This document shows positions 8,043-20,200 of a DNA stretch of 64,000 bases, piece after piece. How positions within the stretch are numbered: position 1 is the stretch's first letter; the number at the start of each line of letters is the position of its first letter. The notes under the pieces are model-generated. The model was not told the origin of the DNA. It was given only the letters and a program-made list of their open reading frames with translations, and searched no databases. The translations under genes and the position numbers were made by a program. The DNA is from an uncultured Rhabdochlamydiaceae bacterium (GTDB lineage: Bacteria > Chlamydiota > Chlamydiia > Chlamydiales > Rhabdochlamydiaceae): positions 1,696,001-1,760,000 of the forward strand of contig CAVQHD010000001.1 of NCBI GenBank assembly GCA_963712275.1, written 5' to 3'.

Positions 8043-9997
8043 GGAGATATCCTATTCTCTATTGCTGCAACTTCTGCTGCGGATATCGTATATTCAGTCT
8101 CTTTTTCAGATAGACGGACGATCATGCAAACAGCGATACCAAGAAGAGAGGCGGCGGCAAGCCAAAACATATACCAGATCAACCCAAAACCCAAGGTAAA
8201 GCTGAAAGCTCCGATGAACATCCCGAGCGGAGTATTTTTAGGCATTTCAATCGGTTCATACTCCACCTTTTCCATCTCGGAGGATTTGGTCTGTTTCATC
8301 ACCCAAAAAGGGTCGCGCTCATGCACAAGTGGTAACAAGGCAAAATTATACAGAGGAGGAGGCGATGAAGTCGCCCACTCTAAAGTTCTTCCATTCCATG
8401 GATCGCCTGTTGTATCCCTATTCTGTTTCCTCTGCTTGATGCTCACAATCATTTGTAAGATTTGGAGCCCAATTCCACAACTAATCAACGCAACGCCGAT
8501 TGCAGCCACAACAAATAGAGGTTGCCAACCAAACGAGGGGTCATACCGATCAAGCCGTCTTGTCGCTCCCATTAAACCCAGTAGGTAGAGGGGCATAAAA
8601 GCAGCTAAAAAACCAATAAACCAGCACCAAAAGGCATATTGCCCCAGTTTTTCATTGAGTTTGAATCCAATAAACTTGGGGAACCAATAGGTGAACCCGG
8701 CAAAAAAACCAAACACAACGCCTCCAATGATCACAGAGTGAAAGTGGGCAATCAAAAACAAACTATTATGCACTTGAAAATCGACAGCTGGCAGGGACAT
8801 TAACACTCCATCCATCCCTCCAATCGTAAAAGCAATAATAAAGCCCGTAAACCAAAGCATCGGGGTTTTAAAATGAATCCGCCCCCCCACCTGCGTGAAG
8901 AGCCAGTTGAAAACCTTGACGCCCGTGGGAATCGCAATCAACATCGTCATGATCCCGAAAAAGGCGTTGACATTGGCACCGGCTCCCATCGTAAAAAAAT
9001 GGTGCAGCCAGACAACAAACGACAAAAAGGTAATCAAGATAATCGCCCAAACCATCGAGGCATAACCAAACAGCCGCTTGTGCGAGAATGTGGCAACCAC
9101 TTCGGAAAAGACCCCAAAAGCAGGCAAGACAAGAATATAAACTTCCGGATGCCCCCACGCCCAAATTAGGTTGACATACATCATCGGATTGCCGCCAAAA
9201 TCAGACGTAAAAAAATGCATGCCAAGGAGACGATCCAAAGAGAGCATCCCAATTGTTGCAGTTAAGATTGGAAATGCAAAAATGATGAGGACCATCGTCG
9301 CTAAAGCACACCAAATAAAGATCGGCATTTTCATCCACGTCATCCCAGGGCAGCGCATTTTAAAAATCGTGACAAGAAAGTTAATTCCACCTAGCAAACT
9401 TCCAATTCCTGCAATCTGCACGCTCCAGATCCAATAATCGACCCCTACCCCTGGATTATATTTCAGACCCGAAAGAGGAGGATAGGCAACCCACCCCGTC
9501 GCAGAGAACTCCCCAATCACAAGTGAGATAATGACAAGCAGCCCTCCAGAGGCAAACAAATAGAACGCAATGGAGTTGAGGAACGGAAAAGCAACATCGC
9601 GAGCACCGATTTGAAGAGGGACGATTAAATTCATAAGGCCAAAGATCATCCCCATTCCAACAAAGAAGATCATCGTCGTGCCATGCGCCGTGAAAACCTG
9701 TTGAAAATGGGAAGGGGCTAGAAAACCTTCAGCGCTCCCCGTCGCTGTCATCTGTTGCAGCCGGATCATGGCTGCGTCTGTCACACCCTTGAGCAGCATC
9801 AGCATAGAAACGGCGATGTACATCATCCCAATTTTTTTAGGATCCAAGGAGGTGAGCCACTCATCCCAAAGCCACTTCCAACGTTTATGGTAAAATAAAA
9901 GAGCTATCACGGCAAGGACGCCGATACCCATCATGGCTCCTGCCATGTGCTCAATAAAATCTTGTCTGAAAGCATCGAGAGTTAATCGTCCAAACAT
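8039..9997 (-). CDS. cyoB: Cytochrome bo3 quinol oxidase subunit I
   Basis: Heme/CuB ligand motifs TAHG, WGHPEVY, WLHHFF and AHFH. Confidence 0.97.
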
Positions 9998-9998
9998 A

Positions 9999-10862
9999 CT
10001 ACTCCATCGGGACTCTATATTTCATTACAACCTCATCAAAAAGATCGTCTTGCATTAGCCTATAGGTTGCTACCGCATGATTTACGCTTGGCTCAGCTAG
10101 CTGATGATACTTAGCCATGTTAAGACCCTCTGATCCTTGCTTGATCGATTGAACCCATTCATCAAAATCAGCTTTACAGCACGCTTTGGCAACAAATCGC
10201 ATCCCCGCAAATCCCTCTCCGCTTAAATTCGCCGATGAACCGTTAAATAACCCCTCTTCATTTGCAATGAGATGGAGCTTTGATCTCATTCCTGGCATCG
10301 CATAAATTTGCCCTCCGAGCTGTGGAATCCAAAATGAATTCATGGGAGCATCTGCCGTGATCTCAAAATTGATAGGAATCTCATGAGGAAATTGCACCAA
10401 GTTCACCGATGCAATCCCGTGCTCCGGATAGATAAAGAGCCACTTCCAATTCAACGCGACAACCTGGATGCGAATCGGTTTTGCCGCCGCATCAAGAGGT
10501 CTAAATGGATCGAGCTCATGGCTGGTATTCCAAGCTTTAATCCCAAGAATAAGCACAATTACACAAGGGATAAACCACCATGTGAATTCAAGTCCCGCGT
10601 GAAAATCTCTGTCCGGCGTATATTTTGCCTTCGTATTACTGGCTCTATATTTCCAAGCAATGAAAAAGGTCAGGAGAAAAACCGGAACGACCACGATTAA
10701 CATCAGCAAAGTCGCCGTCACAATTAAGTCGCGCTCTTTTTCCGCGATCATTCCTTTCGGATCGAGGACAGCGATGTTGTTGCCACGTAGAAAAAGAACG
10801 AGCAGCGCGATTGCCCCAATAAAAAGGAGGATTAAAAAGATACCTATACACTTTTTTTTCAA
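9999..10862 (-). CDS. cyoA: Cytochrome bo3 quinol oxidase subunit II (start placed at TTG 10862)
   Basis: [15 protein letters not shown] and [19 protein letters not shown] motifs, no CuA cysteine motif. SD AAGGAG upstream of the TTG. Confidence 0.93.
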   Translation of the reverse strand: MKKKCIGIFLILLFIGAIALLVLFLRGNNIAVLDPKGMIAEKERDLIVTATLLMLIVVVPVFLLTFFIAWKYRASNTKAKYTPDRDFHAGLEFTWWFIPCVIVLILGIKAWNTSHELDPFRPLDAAAKPIRIQVVALNWKWLFIYPEHGIASVNLVQFPHEIPINFEITADAPMNSFWIPQLGGQIYAMPGMRSKLHLIANEEGLFNGSSANLSGEGFAGMRFVAKACCKADFDEWVQSIKQGSEGLNMAKYHQLAEPSVNHAVATYRLMQDDLFDEVVMKYRVPME

Positions 10863-10982
10863 CTTTTCTCCTTCTCTATTGAGAAATCGCTTCAAGGATA
10901 TCTTTTACATAAAATTGTTTCTATTGTCTAGTGTTTAGTTGAGCCATTCAGGGCAGAGGAAACTAGAGCCAATATTTAAACC

Positions 10983-11130
10983 CTCTGCTCACTCGCGCTT
11001 ATTTCCATTTCTTCACCACAGAGACACAGAGAGAGATGAGATTGCACAGAGAAAAATTTTTCTCTGTGCAATCTCATCTCTCTCTGTGTCTCTGTGGTGA
11101 AGAAATGGAAATAAGCGCGAGTGAGCAGAG
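10983..11130. repeat. Perfect 148-bp palindrome with no spacer
   Basis: Two 74-bp arms are exact reverse complements, centred on GAAAAA|TTTTTC at 11056/11057. Confidence 0.95.
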
Positions 11131-11258
11131 ATTTCCAAGGAATTTGTAAAACATTTTTTTAAACCTTCAAATATTCAATAAAAAAGTTCAATTTGAAAAA
11201 TAATTGATGTTTTAAAACACCTTTATATACTAAAATAGATGGCTCAGGAATAGCTTTT

Positions 11259-14200
11259 ATGAGTATTAAACTTACTTCTTCTAAACAAGCCTCCCTTCTT
11301 AATTGGACCGAACACCCCCCCAAAACGTCTCAATCTAATTCCCCTGCCTTCCCATTCAAGTTATCCCCCTTTCCAAACCTAGAAGAGCAGCTCGATCAGT
11401 CAAAGGAACCTCAGGCGGAAATGGTTCTTAGGGTTGCAGCCAACTTGCTCACAGGCGGGTTAGGAACAGGAGGCAAAGATCCTCTTGATGGAATGCAACC
11501 TATCCAAAACTTTCTGACGTGGGAATGGGTCCTTAACCAGCTCCTAAACAATAATTTTCCTATCAACCGAGATACGCTTAAGAAGCTTTTGTCAGATGTT
11601 CAATCTCTTTTGAACCAGTGCGCTGATCAAAAAAAACTTTTTAATGCATTCTCGGAAGCTGAATTCCTAGAGATGGTGAAGCGGCAGACTCAGACAATGA
11701 AAAATTTAGGGGTGGGGGAATCTTACTCCTTTTATGGAGGATGGGGAAACATTGGGGGAGGCTCAGGACATGCCTTGATGTACGAAGTCAAACGTAGCTC
11801 GGCTGGCTTCTTTGATTTTCGTCTTTATACATCGACAGATTGTCAATTGGCAGATAACCTGTTTTATGGAGATAAACGTCTCTTACTCCCTGTGGTCTGT
11901 TGGGATCAAATTCCCAAAGAGTATCTCTTCGCATCGACAGGGCCGGACGAGCCACCGGTTTTTTTTCAGCAGCTTTTTGAAATGGATTGGTCTATCAGTC
12001 GGTACGACAAAAATGCGATTGTCAATGAAGACGATATTTTAGAGACCCTCGATTACTTAGAGCCTTTCTTACGAAAAACCACTCTGGAAGATTTTGGCGC
12101 TAAGACAGGTCAAAAAGGAGGAACGTGCCTTCCCTCTAGCACAAAAACATGGGCCAGTTACCATTTTAGTTCTTTAAAAGAGAATAAAATATTCGGACTC
12201 TACTTTGATCTTATCTTAACTATAGGTATTTACGAGCAGTTAGAACCTCATCTAAAGGAAGGGGGCAGCAAGGCAGAGAGGCAACGAACAACATTTATTT
12301 ATGCCGCTCAAGCAGTCGTCGGGGCTATCGATAAGTTAGTCAGAACACAAAAAGAAGCCCTCCCAGAAGATTTAGCCTTTAAAGCGACAAAGCAGCTCCA
12401 TGAATGGATCGATAAAGTCGAAAAGATCTCCAGAGACCTTGAAACTCAAAGAAAGCAAGAGAGGCTTCCCGTTAATGTAAAGACCCAAGAGATCAAGCCT
12501 CAGCAAAACCAACGGACGAAAGATCGGTATTGGATCACCCAAAGTCAATGTTCTGACAATTGCGCTCCCCACCCAAGCTCCTTCCCTACATATTTAACTC
12601 TAAAAGAATCAGAGTATCTCTCTTTTCTGGAAGATGTTTGTAAGACTTATGAACAAAAGAGGCTGGAGGATAAGAAATCCTTTTATAAACAAGCCGCAAA
12701 TCTCTCTCTTCATCATGCAATTGACGCGCTTCCCCTTCCACCTATAGGCCAAACATCTCCCTGGAAAGACTTAGGAATTGACACCCTACTCAAGTGTTGT
12801 GCTATTCTGCGTGCCCTCGGGACCTCCTATCTTAAGCATACTATCCAGGAAGATCTTCCCCCTCGACGTTTTGCCACGTTATTTGCAATGTATGCCATTA
12901 TCCATCACCTTGCCTGTTTAATTAATCAAAAAAAGGGAAGTTTTGGAGAAGGCCTTCTTTCCTCTTATTCAGTTCCTTTCCCCGCAGATAAACTCAACCA
13001 AATTGACGCCTTAACATTCCATGACGTTCAAGAGTTTGAGCGGATTGAGCAAGCGAAGAAATATTTTAATACAATTAAGGGGAAAAAACTTCTTTTCCAA
13101 TCTGAAACTGACACAGAAGTGGTGAAAAATAGTATTCATGAATCTCGCCACAATGCAGCTTTATGGGAAGGGCTGATACGGTCCAATGAACAGTTTCGGA
13201 CAGAGGTCAATGAAGCAGCAAACAAGCGTTTCCCTGATTATTCTGAAGAATTTATCGAAGAAGACTTTAAAAGCCAACAGGACAAGCTCGAGCAATGGTA
13301 TCAGCAAGAGAAAGCCTATCAAAATAAAAATGATAAGGCGATCTTTTGGTCACTACCCAAAAAACCTCCCAATGCCCAAAAGCTTCAAAATCTTCCCCTC
13401 CTTACAAAGCAAATGCTGGTATTAGAAGAGTTTGATTCTGATGAAAACCCCATGGGCAACTCTCTACTTGCTAAAAGCCACCAGGAAATCAATGAAGTGC
13501 GCCTCTTTGCCCTTCTGGTGCAACAGGCTATCTTGTCTCCTTCAAACTTTTCCACCGATTTAAAGCGAACAGCTGAGAGAGATCCCAACCACTATGAAAT
13601 GAAATGCTCGGTTTATTCTGATATACATCGAGATTATTTTCATGTTGACGCTTGGAATTGGTTTATTCATCAAAAGCAGTATCTTCCCGTCCATTCTCAT
13701 GGAAAATTTCTCGAGCTTCCTCAGACAAAGAGAGATCGAGATCAGTGGAAAAGAACGACAGCGGAGGCAGAAGCACTCGATCAAAAAAATCTCTCCCCCC
13801 TTCTCTATCAATCGATCCGAACACTCTCCGAATGGAAGCTGACTCCCCATCAACTTTTACTCGAGTGGGGAAAGGATTTCGAACACCTCAAAGATCCTGA
13901 GCTTCAAGGTCTTTTTTTGCGTCTTTTTTTTCGCTCTCCTGTCTACAAGGGAAAAGTTCGTTTAGGAGCTGGAGAGCTTTTCAAAGACTCTGACCTTCTT
14001 GAAAACGTCAAAGCCTTTGTCTCTCAGGGACTCTCCTACTTTATGCAGCTGAAGAAAAAAGAGGGAGCTAAATATAACATTCATGACATGGAAGGGGTGA
14101 AGTTTTTGTTCGAACTTACCTTCTTATGCCAAAAATACCTTGTCGAACAGCGTCAAAATGAGCAAGCTAAACAGATTGATTTCAGTGAAAAGCTCGATGA

Positions 14201-17200
14201 GTGGATTCAAGATAACACGATTTCCAGAACACCCCGCTCTCTCCTCAGGCTCTATCGCCTCTTAAGCTATTCGATCACAACCCCTATCGAACAACTGACG
14301 ACCGAAAATCTTAAGCAAATTTTTGTCGATTGGACCGTAATCCACCTCTATTCTGATGGGTATCGACCTAGTCAAATCTCTCCGCTTGTTTTCCGTCTTG
14401 CGGATGATTTTATTGCAAAAATCCTAGAAAAACGTCGTGAAACGTTTAATCAAAGCCCTCAGGTATTCTGTCAACCTATCCTCTTAGAAGTCGAGAAGAG
14501 AGAAGAGCAGCTCAAGTGGTCCTTAGATCCGGCAGCTTCCCTGATTTTTATAGGAACAACCCAAACGAATGAAAAGTATCAGATTGATTTGAGACGAGGC
14601 GAGGTCTTTACCCCAACAGGCAAAGCAAGTCGGACCATTTTAAGCCGCTCCTGGGAAGACGATCCCGATTTTAAACGGGTTTTTTGGGAGCCTCATCGCT
14701 TTGAATATACCATGGGAGGGCAGGGAGCTGTCACTTTCACTCATCCCCGCGGGGGCTTTTTTCGTATCCTTCTTAAAGGGTACCATCAAAAAAACATGAT
14801 TCAAAGACTATGGGGAGGAGAGTGGTATCAATACATTCCACCTGACCAGATCAAAAAAGAGACGCTCGGGCTTTCGGTCGGATTTGCCAAAGATCATCTC
14901 TTATGGGGCCAAGTGAAGGTCGATAAAGTGGAAGAGGTGCAAGTGTCAAAAGCCTCTCGAGGAGATGGGGATCATTCGGACGGAACATCCCAAATGTTTT
15001 TTAAAACTTTAACCGGGCAAACCATCTCACTTGAGATAGATTTTACTAAATCCCTACAAGACCATGTTGACCAATTTGCGGAAAAAATTGCGGAAAAAAT
15101 GCCAGATGTCAGATACGTGCGACTTATATTTGCTGGAACGGCCTTGAACCCTAACGAAACATTGAATGCGTTAGGACTTAAATATGGAAGCACATGCCAT
15201 CTGGTAGCTGCTGGTAAAAACTCTGGCGATAACATCCTTGACTTGAGACCCCCTCTTTCTAAAAAAGAAGGAAGCTCGCCTCCTCCTATCAACCTCCATC
15301 CTTTCAAAGGAATCATCACCTCTTTAGCAACGGGGAAGGCTGTATGGGCAATCGATGCGAAAGAGGGGCAAGTTTTTGAGGTCTCCGAAGAAGGCGACTT
15401 TGTAAAGAAGGTCACTTCTGATACTTCTATACACTATTTAGACTCCACTGATCATGGGCTGAATAGCTTCGAGGATCCCGATTATATTTTAACCATGACA
15501 AACTCGAAAGGAAAGATCGAGCAAGTCCATTTTCCCAGATTCCGCTCTCTCGATGGCAACCCGCTGTTTTTTATTAGAAAAAAAGGAACTGTCTTGGTGT
15601 GGAATGATAATCAGCAGTACTGTTTGAAGGCAGTTCCCAAGGCCCTTTTTCAATTTCCTATTAAATCTCTTTATTTAGAACGGGAAACGGGAACTAAAAA
15701 AGAGCCCGGAATTCTCTTGATTCCTTTTAGCCGTTTCCATCCTCAAAAGGATCAGGTTCACCCTATAGAAGAGTGGGAATCGATTCCCTATTTTGAATAT
15801 CAAACTCAAGAAGATCTCATTATCCCTCAGTCCCTAGAAGGAAGATTCTACCTTGCTTATCTCTATTTTCAAGACCAAAAGTATGACCGCGCCATCGAAC
15901 AGATCACCCTCATCGATCCTATCGAAACCATTTCACCCTTGGGTTTTGTCCTCCTTGACCGCATTCGAAAGGTCCCCCCTCCCATTGATCACCCTGACGC
16001 TGCGATGGTCTCTTTGCAGGCAGCGCTCCAGCTGGTCAAAGGGCGTGATCGGCAAAGCGATGAGTCCGTTACCACTTACTTTGGCCTGGAACGGGAGGAT
16101 ATCCAGGCTCTTCATAACTTAATTGTGCTTGCTCATCAATCTTTACAATCTGCGCGTCATATCTCTGAAGGGTGCCGTATCTCTGACTCAGAGAAAAGAA
16201 TGTTATTCCAAAAGTTGATTGATGAAGCTGCAGCTAAATGCGATTCTTTTCAAAGGTCCGGGATTAACTACCCAGCCGCTCTTATTGAGCATCTAGGCTA
16301 TTGGCTTGGCAGAGCTTCTAAGCATGAGATGGCATCAAAAGGGAATAGAAGAATTCCAGAAAATAGAAACAATGAACCTATTAACCCCCTTTCTTTTTCC
16401 CTTCCTAGTCAACCCATGTTAAAAAACGATGAAAAAGAACAAGCCCATTACGAAACCGATTGCCGGCAAGCAACCCTTTGGCTCGCAAGCGGAACCGTTC
16501 CTTTTCTAGTCAACCGATGGCCCGTCGAGGGTTCAGGAAGAGCTAAAGAGAATGGAAAGCTACTGAGCAAGGTGTTAGAGATCGCAAAACAAGGAACTCC
16601 TGCAACGCGGCTTGCGATGCTCTGGAAAGTGCGAAACTGGCGCCTTCACTGGAAAGGAGACAAGGAAGATCTCGCTAGCTTTGATCTCATGATTCAAATC
16701 CTACTTACCTCCCCTCGACTTAGACTTACAAAGGATATTTCTGAATCTTCCACCGGTCCAGAAAAAGTTGAGTTCCTCAAAGAGATAAATCGCCAAATCC
16801 CCCGCCATAAAGTGAATTTTCAAGAAACCATTGCCAATCATTTAAATCAGCACAAAACCTCTTCCCGCCAAAAGCAGGGAACGTACCAGCTTCCTCCCCT
16901 TTTCAACTCAAAAGAACCCTCGCTAGACGATTTTGGTCCCAGCCCCGACCCTCTTCTAAACGAGGTGAAAGGAAACTACGACAAGCACCGTCTAGAGACG
17001 CTTAAAAATTGGCGTGAAGACTTCTTTACTCCTCTCGAAGCCCGGGAAAAATCCCCTCCTATCCAGACCCGCTTTTCTTTGAAACCAGGGCTATTATCCA
17101 AACAAGATAAGGTTTACCAAGAGATTGTTCAAAAAGATTTAGATATTCTTACAGAAGATTTCAATGAAGGAAGCAAACAACTGCAAAACCAAAAAGAAAT

Positions 17201-20200
17201 CACCCTTAATAATAACACAAAAGAACTCCTTCAAGCGATCGATCAAGAACAAGAGACTTTCTCAAAAGTTTTAGAAGAAAAAGAAAGAGAAGCCAAAGAA
17301 ATCCTGAACCAGCTTTCGTTTTCATTTGAAGAGTTTTTTCATCGCATTGCTCAAACAATCACGGGAACGAAAAAAAGTATTAGCCTAGACAAAGCAAGAG
17401 AAGCGTTGCTGACCTTTGACAAGAGGGCCTTTAAAGTATTAAATCCAGGCTTAAAAGATCAAGAAATTACAACTATCGCCCAGCTTCTCCTAGATATCGA
17501 AGATTTAAAATCGTGGAAGCTTCAGCTCCAGCGAATGAAAGACCTCGTTACTCAAGGAAGCAAGATCGCAGACCCTCAAGATGTGACCAAAAGAGATGTC
17601 TGTCGCAGGTTGCTCCAAGAACTAGAAGCTGGCTACCATTTTAATACTCTTGACCCTGAAATGCAGGTCGTTTTCCGAATTTTTTGTGGAGAAACGGATC
17701 TCATTCCATTTAAAAAGCAGGTTGATTTAATCACCGAGATGTTAAAACCATGCAAGAAAGACCCCTCTCGGCTCAAAGACTGCGTTGGCCAGCTCATTAT
17801 GGGATCGGGGAAAACCGCTGTCATTGCAGCATTACTCATGCAGTTTCTTGCCCGCCAGAAGGGGAAAATTGCCTTTTTTATTGTTCCTGCCCCTCTCTTT
17901 AAAAGTGTCAGCAATAACCTCACCGAGTCGCTCAAAAAGAGTTTTAATCAACAGCTAGAACCCCTTCATGTCAAAAGAAATGACCTGACCCTTTACCGAT
18001 TAAAGGAGATTGAAAAGCTCCTGGATCGAGCAAAAGAGAACCCCATTGCGATGATTACAACCCCCTCTTCTCTTCAAGTTTTGGAACTCGAATTTTTGAG
18101 TCAAATCCGTAAACTCAAAGACCACATCATCGAACTCAATAACAGCTCCTCTGAACTTGAAAAAATTTCTGAACAGAATAGAAGAGCTTTACTCAAAAGT
18201 CAAATTAACAACCTCTCTAAACTGATCCAAGAACGGCTAGAAAAAATTCGCCACCTTGCAAGGATTGTTAGAACTGTCACAGAACATGGACAAGCGCTAA
18301 TCGATGAAATCGACCTCATCTTGGATGCTCTCCTAGAGGTTAATTTCCCTGATGGAACAAAAATTCCCATTCTCGCTGAGCGTAATCATCTTGTCTATAC
18401 GATCTTCTCTCTCTGTATGCAAGAGGACTTAAGAGTGAACACACTACCGGGAAAGCCGCTCCTTCAAGATGTCCTCCATTTAAGACCCAATTTGGGAACT
18501 TCGGAAGAGGTAGAAGACAAACATGTCTTTCAAGACCGTTATCGGCAAGCCGCTTCTGTTTTAGCCTCCCAACTTATACTCTCTTTTGCCCCTTTCCAAA
18601 CTCTCCCAAAGGAGCTTCAACCTTCCCTCTACCGTTTTTTAATGAATGAAATTCCTTTCTGGGTTCAAGAATTTTCCGACGAAAAAAACTTCCAATTTTG
18701 TGAAAATGATTTAACTCAAAAAGATCCCGACTGGGAAAAATTTGGAACAATTCTACAGCTCAAAAATGACGCTCACTTTTTGAGCCTTCTGAATGACCAA
18801 TTCAATTCAAACAACAATAAAGAAGTACAATTTGCTAAGCTTGTGGCGCTTGCCACACACCTTCTCAACGATATTCTTCCTGTAACTTTATGCAAAAATG
18901 GGAACCGTCATTATGGACCTGTTCCTTTAGATCCGCATGGAAAAATGTGCCCTTATGAAGGGGTTGACGCCCCTGTCATCGATCGGGAGTTTGGTTATGT
19001 TTGGGAAGAGCTCTGCTATTATTACCAGTGGGCCTGCTTGTCAGCTCCAGAAGAGGCGGTCATTCTTGAGCTCGCCCGTTTAGCTACAGAAGCCGCTCAT
19101 TATTACATGAAGAAAAACGGAGAACTATTCGACCAAACAGCCGAATATCAACAATTTAAAACACTCACAGGTGTTTCGCTGCAAGATTTTCAAGATCCAG
19201 GATCAACCGTTTGTAAAGAGGGGGTTCAAAAAGCAAAAGCAACCCTCCAAAACGACCCCAAAAAGCGGCTCCTCCTACAAAAAGAGCTGGCTGCCCACCA
19301 AGTCAAAGTGCATGCACTCCACCTGAGCAGTAACGGCGCCTCCTTTTCCCGCAGATTCCGTTCTAGGGATGGAATGTCGGCAACTCTAACGTGGAACGTG
19401 GAAGGGTATCGTCAAAGTCTTGCTGAAAATGTGATTCTTGACAAAGGGACCGAAGGAAAAGTCCTAGCAACCCTCTCGAAAAAAGTTACGCCGGAACAGA
19501 TTCATAAAGTCCCCTTTACTTCTAACATCAGCACAACTCTTACCGAAATCCTTAAAAACTCTCCTCATACGAAAGAAATGCGGGGATTCATTGATGCAGA
19601 AGGCATACTCAAAATCTACCCTAATATCCGAGTTGTCGCTGAGCAAGTCCTCGCTTTCTTAAAAAGTGAGCAGGAGAAGGGTCGGATAGCTCCAGAGATT
19701 GATACAGTTCTTTTCTTTTCTAAAGAGGGGAAGGAGACACAAGCCAATACGCTTTATATGTGGAAAATGGGAATGCAATCCCCGGAAAAAATCGGGGGCA
19801 CAACCCTAAAAGCTTTCAAAGCAAAAGGGCTGGATCCTCGCACATATTTTGTCATTTACGATGAAATGCATACAACGGGGACAGATATTGTCCAGGTTCC
19901 TAACGCCGTAAATCTTTTTTCTTTTGGCCCTAGTATGCTTCTTCGAAGATTCCCTCAAGGAAGCATGCGTCTACGGCAACTTTTATTTTCACAGAATGTC
20001 GAAATCGTGATTGATAAAGCAATACTTCCTGAAATCTACAATCAGGGACAAACCATTGATGACTTGATGCTCCAAGCTGCCAAAAATCAATCGATCCGAA
20101 AAATCGGGGACATGCCCCGTTATTGCAAGGCGCAAATCAACGAACCCTTCAGGTTTGATGTTGTAGAAAGACTCCTAGACTTTTTTATCAATAACTCTTG

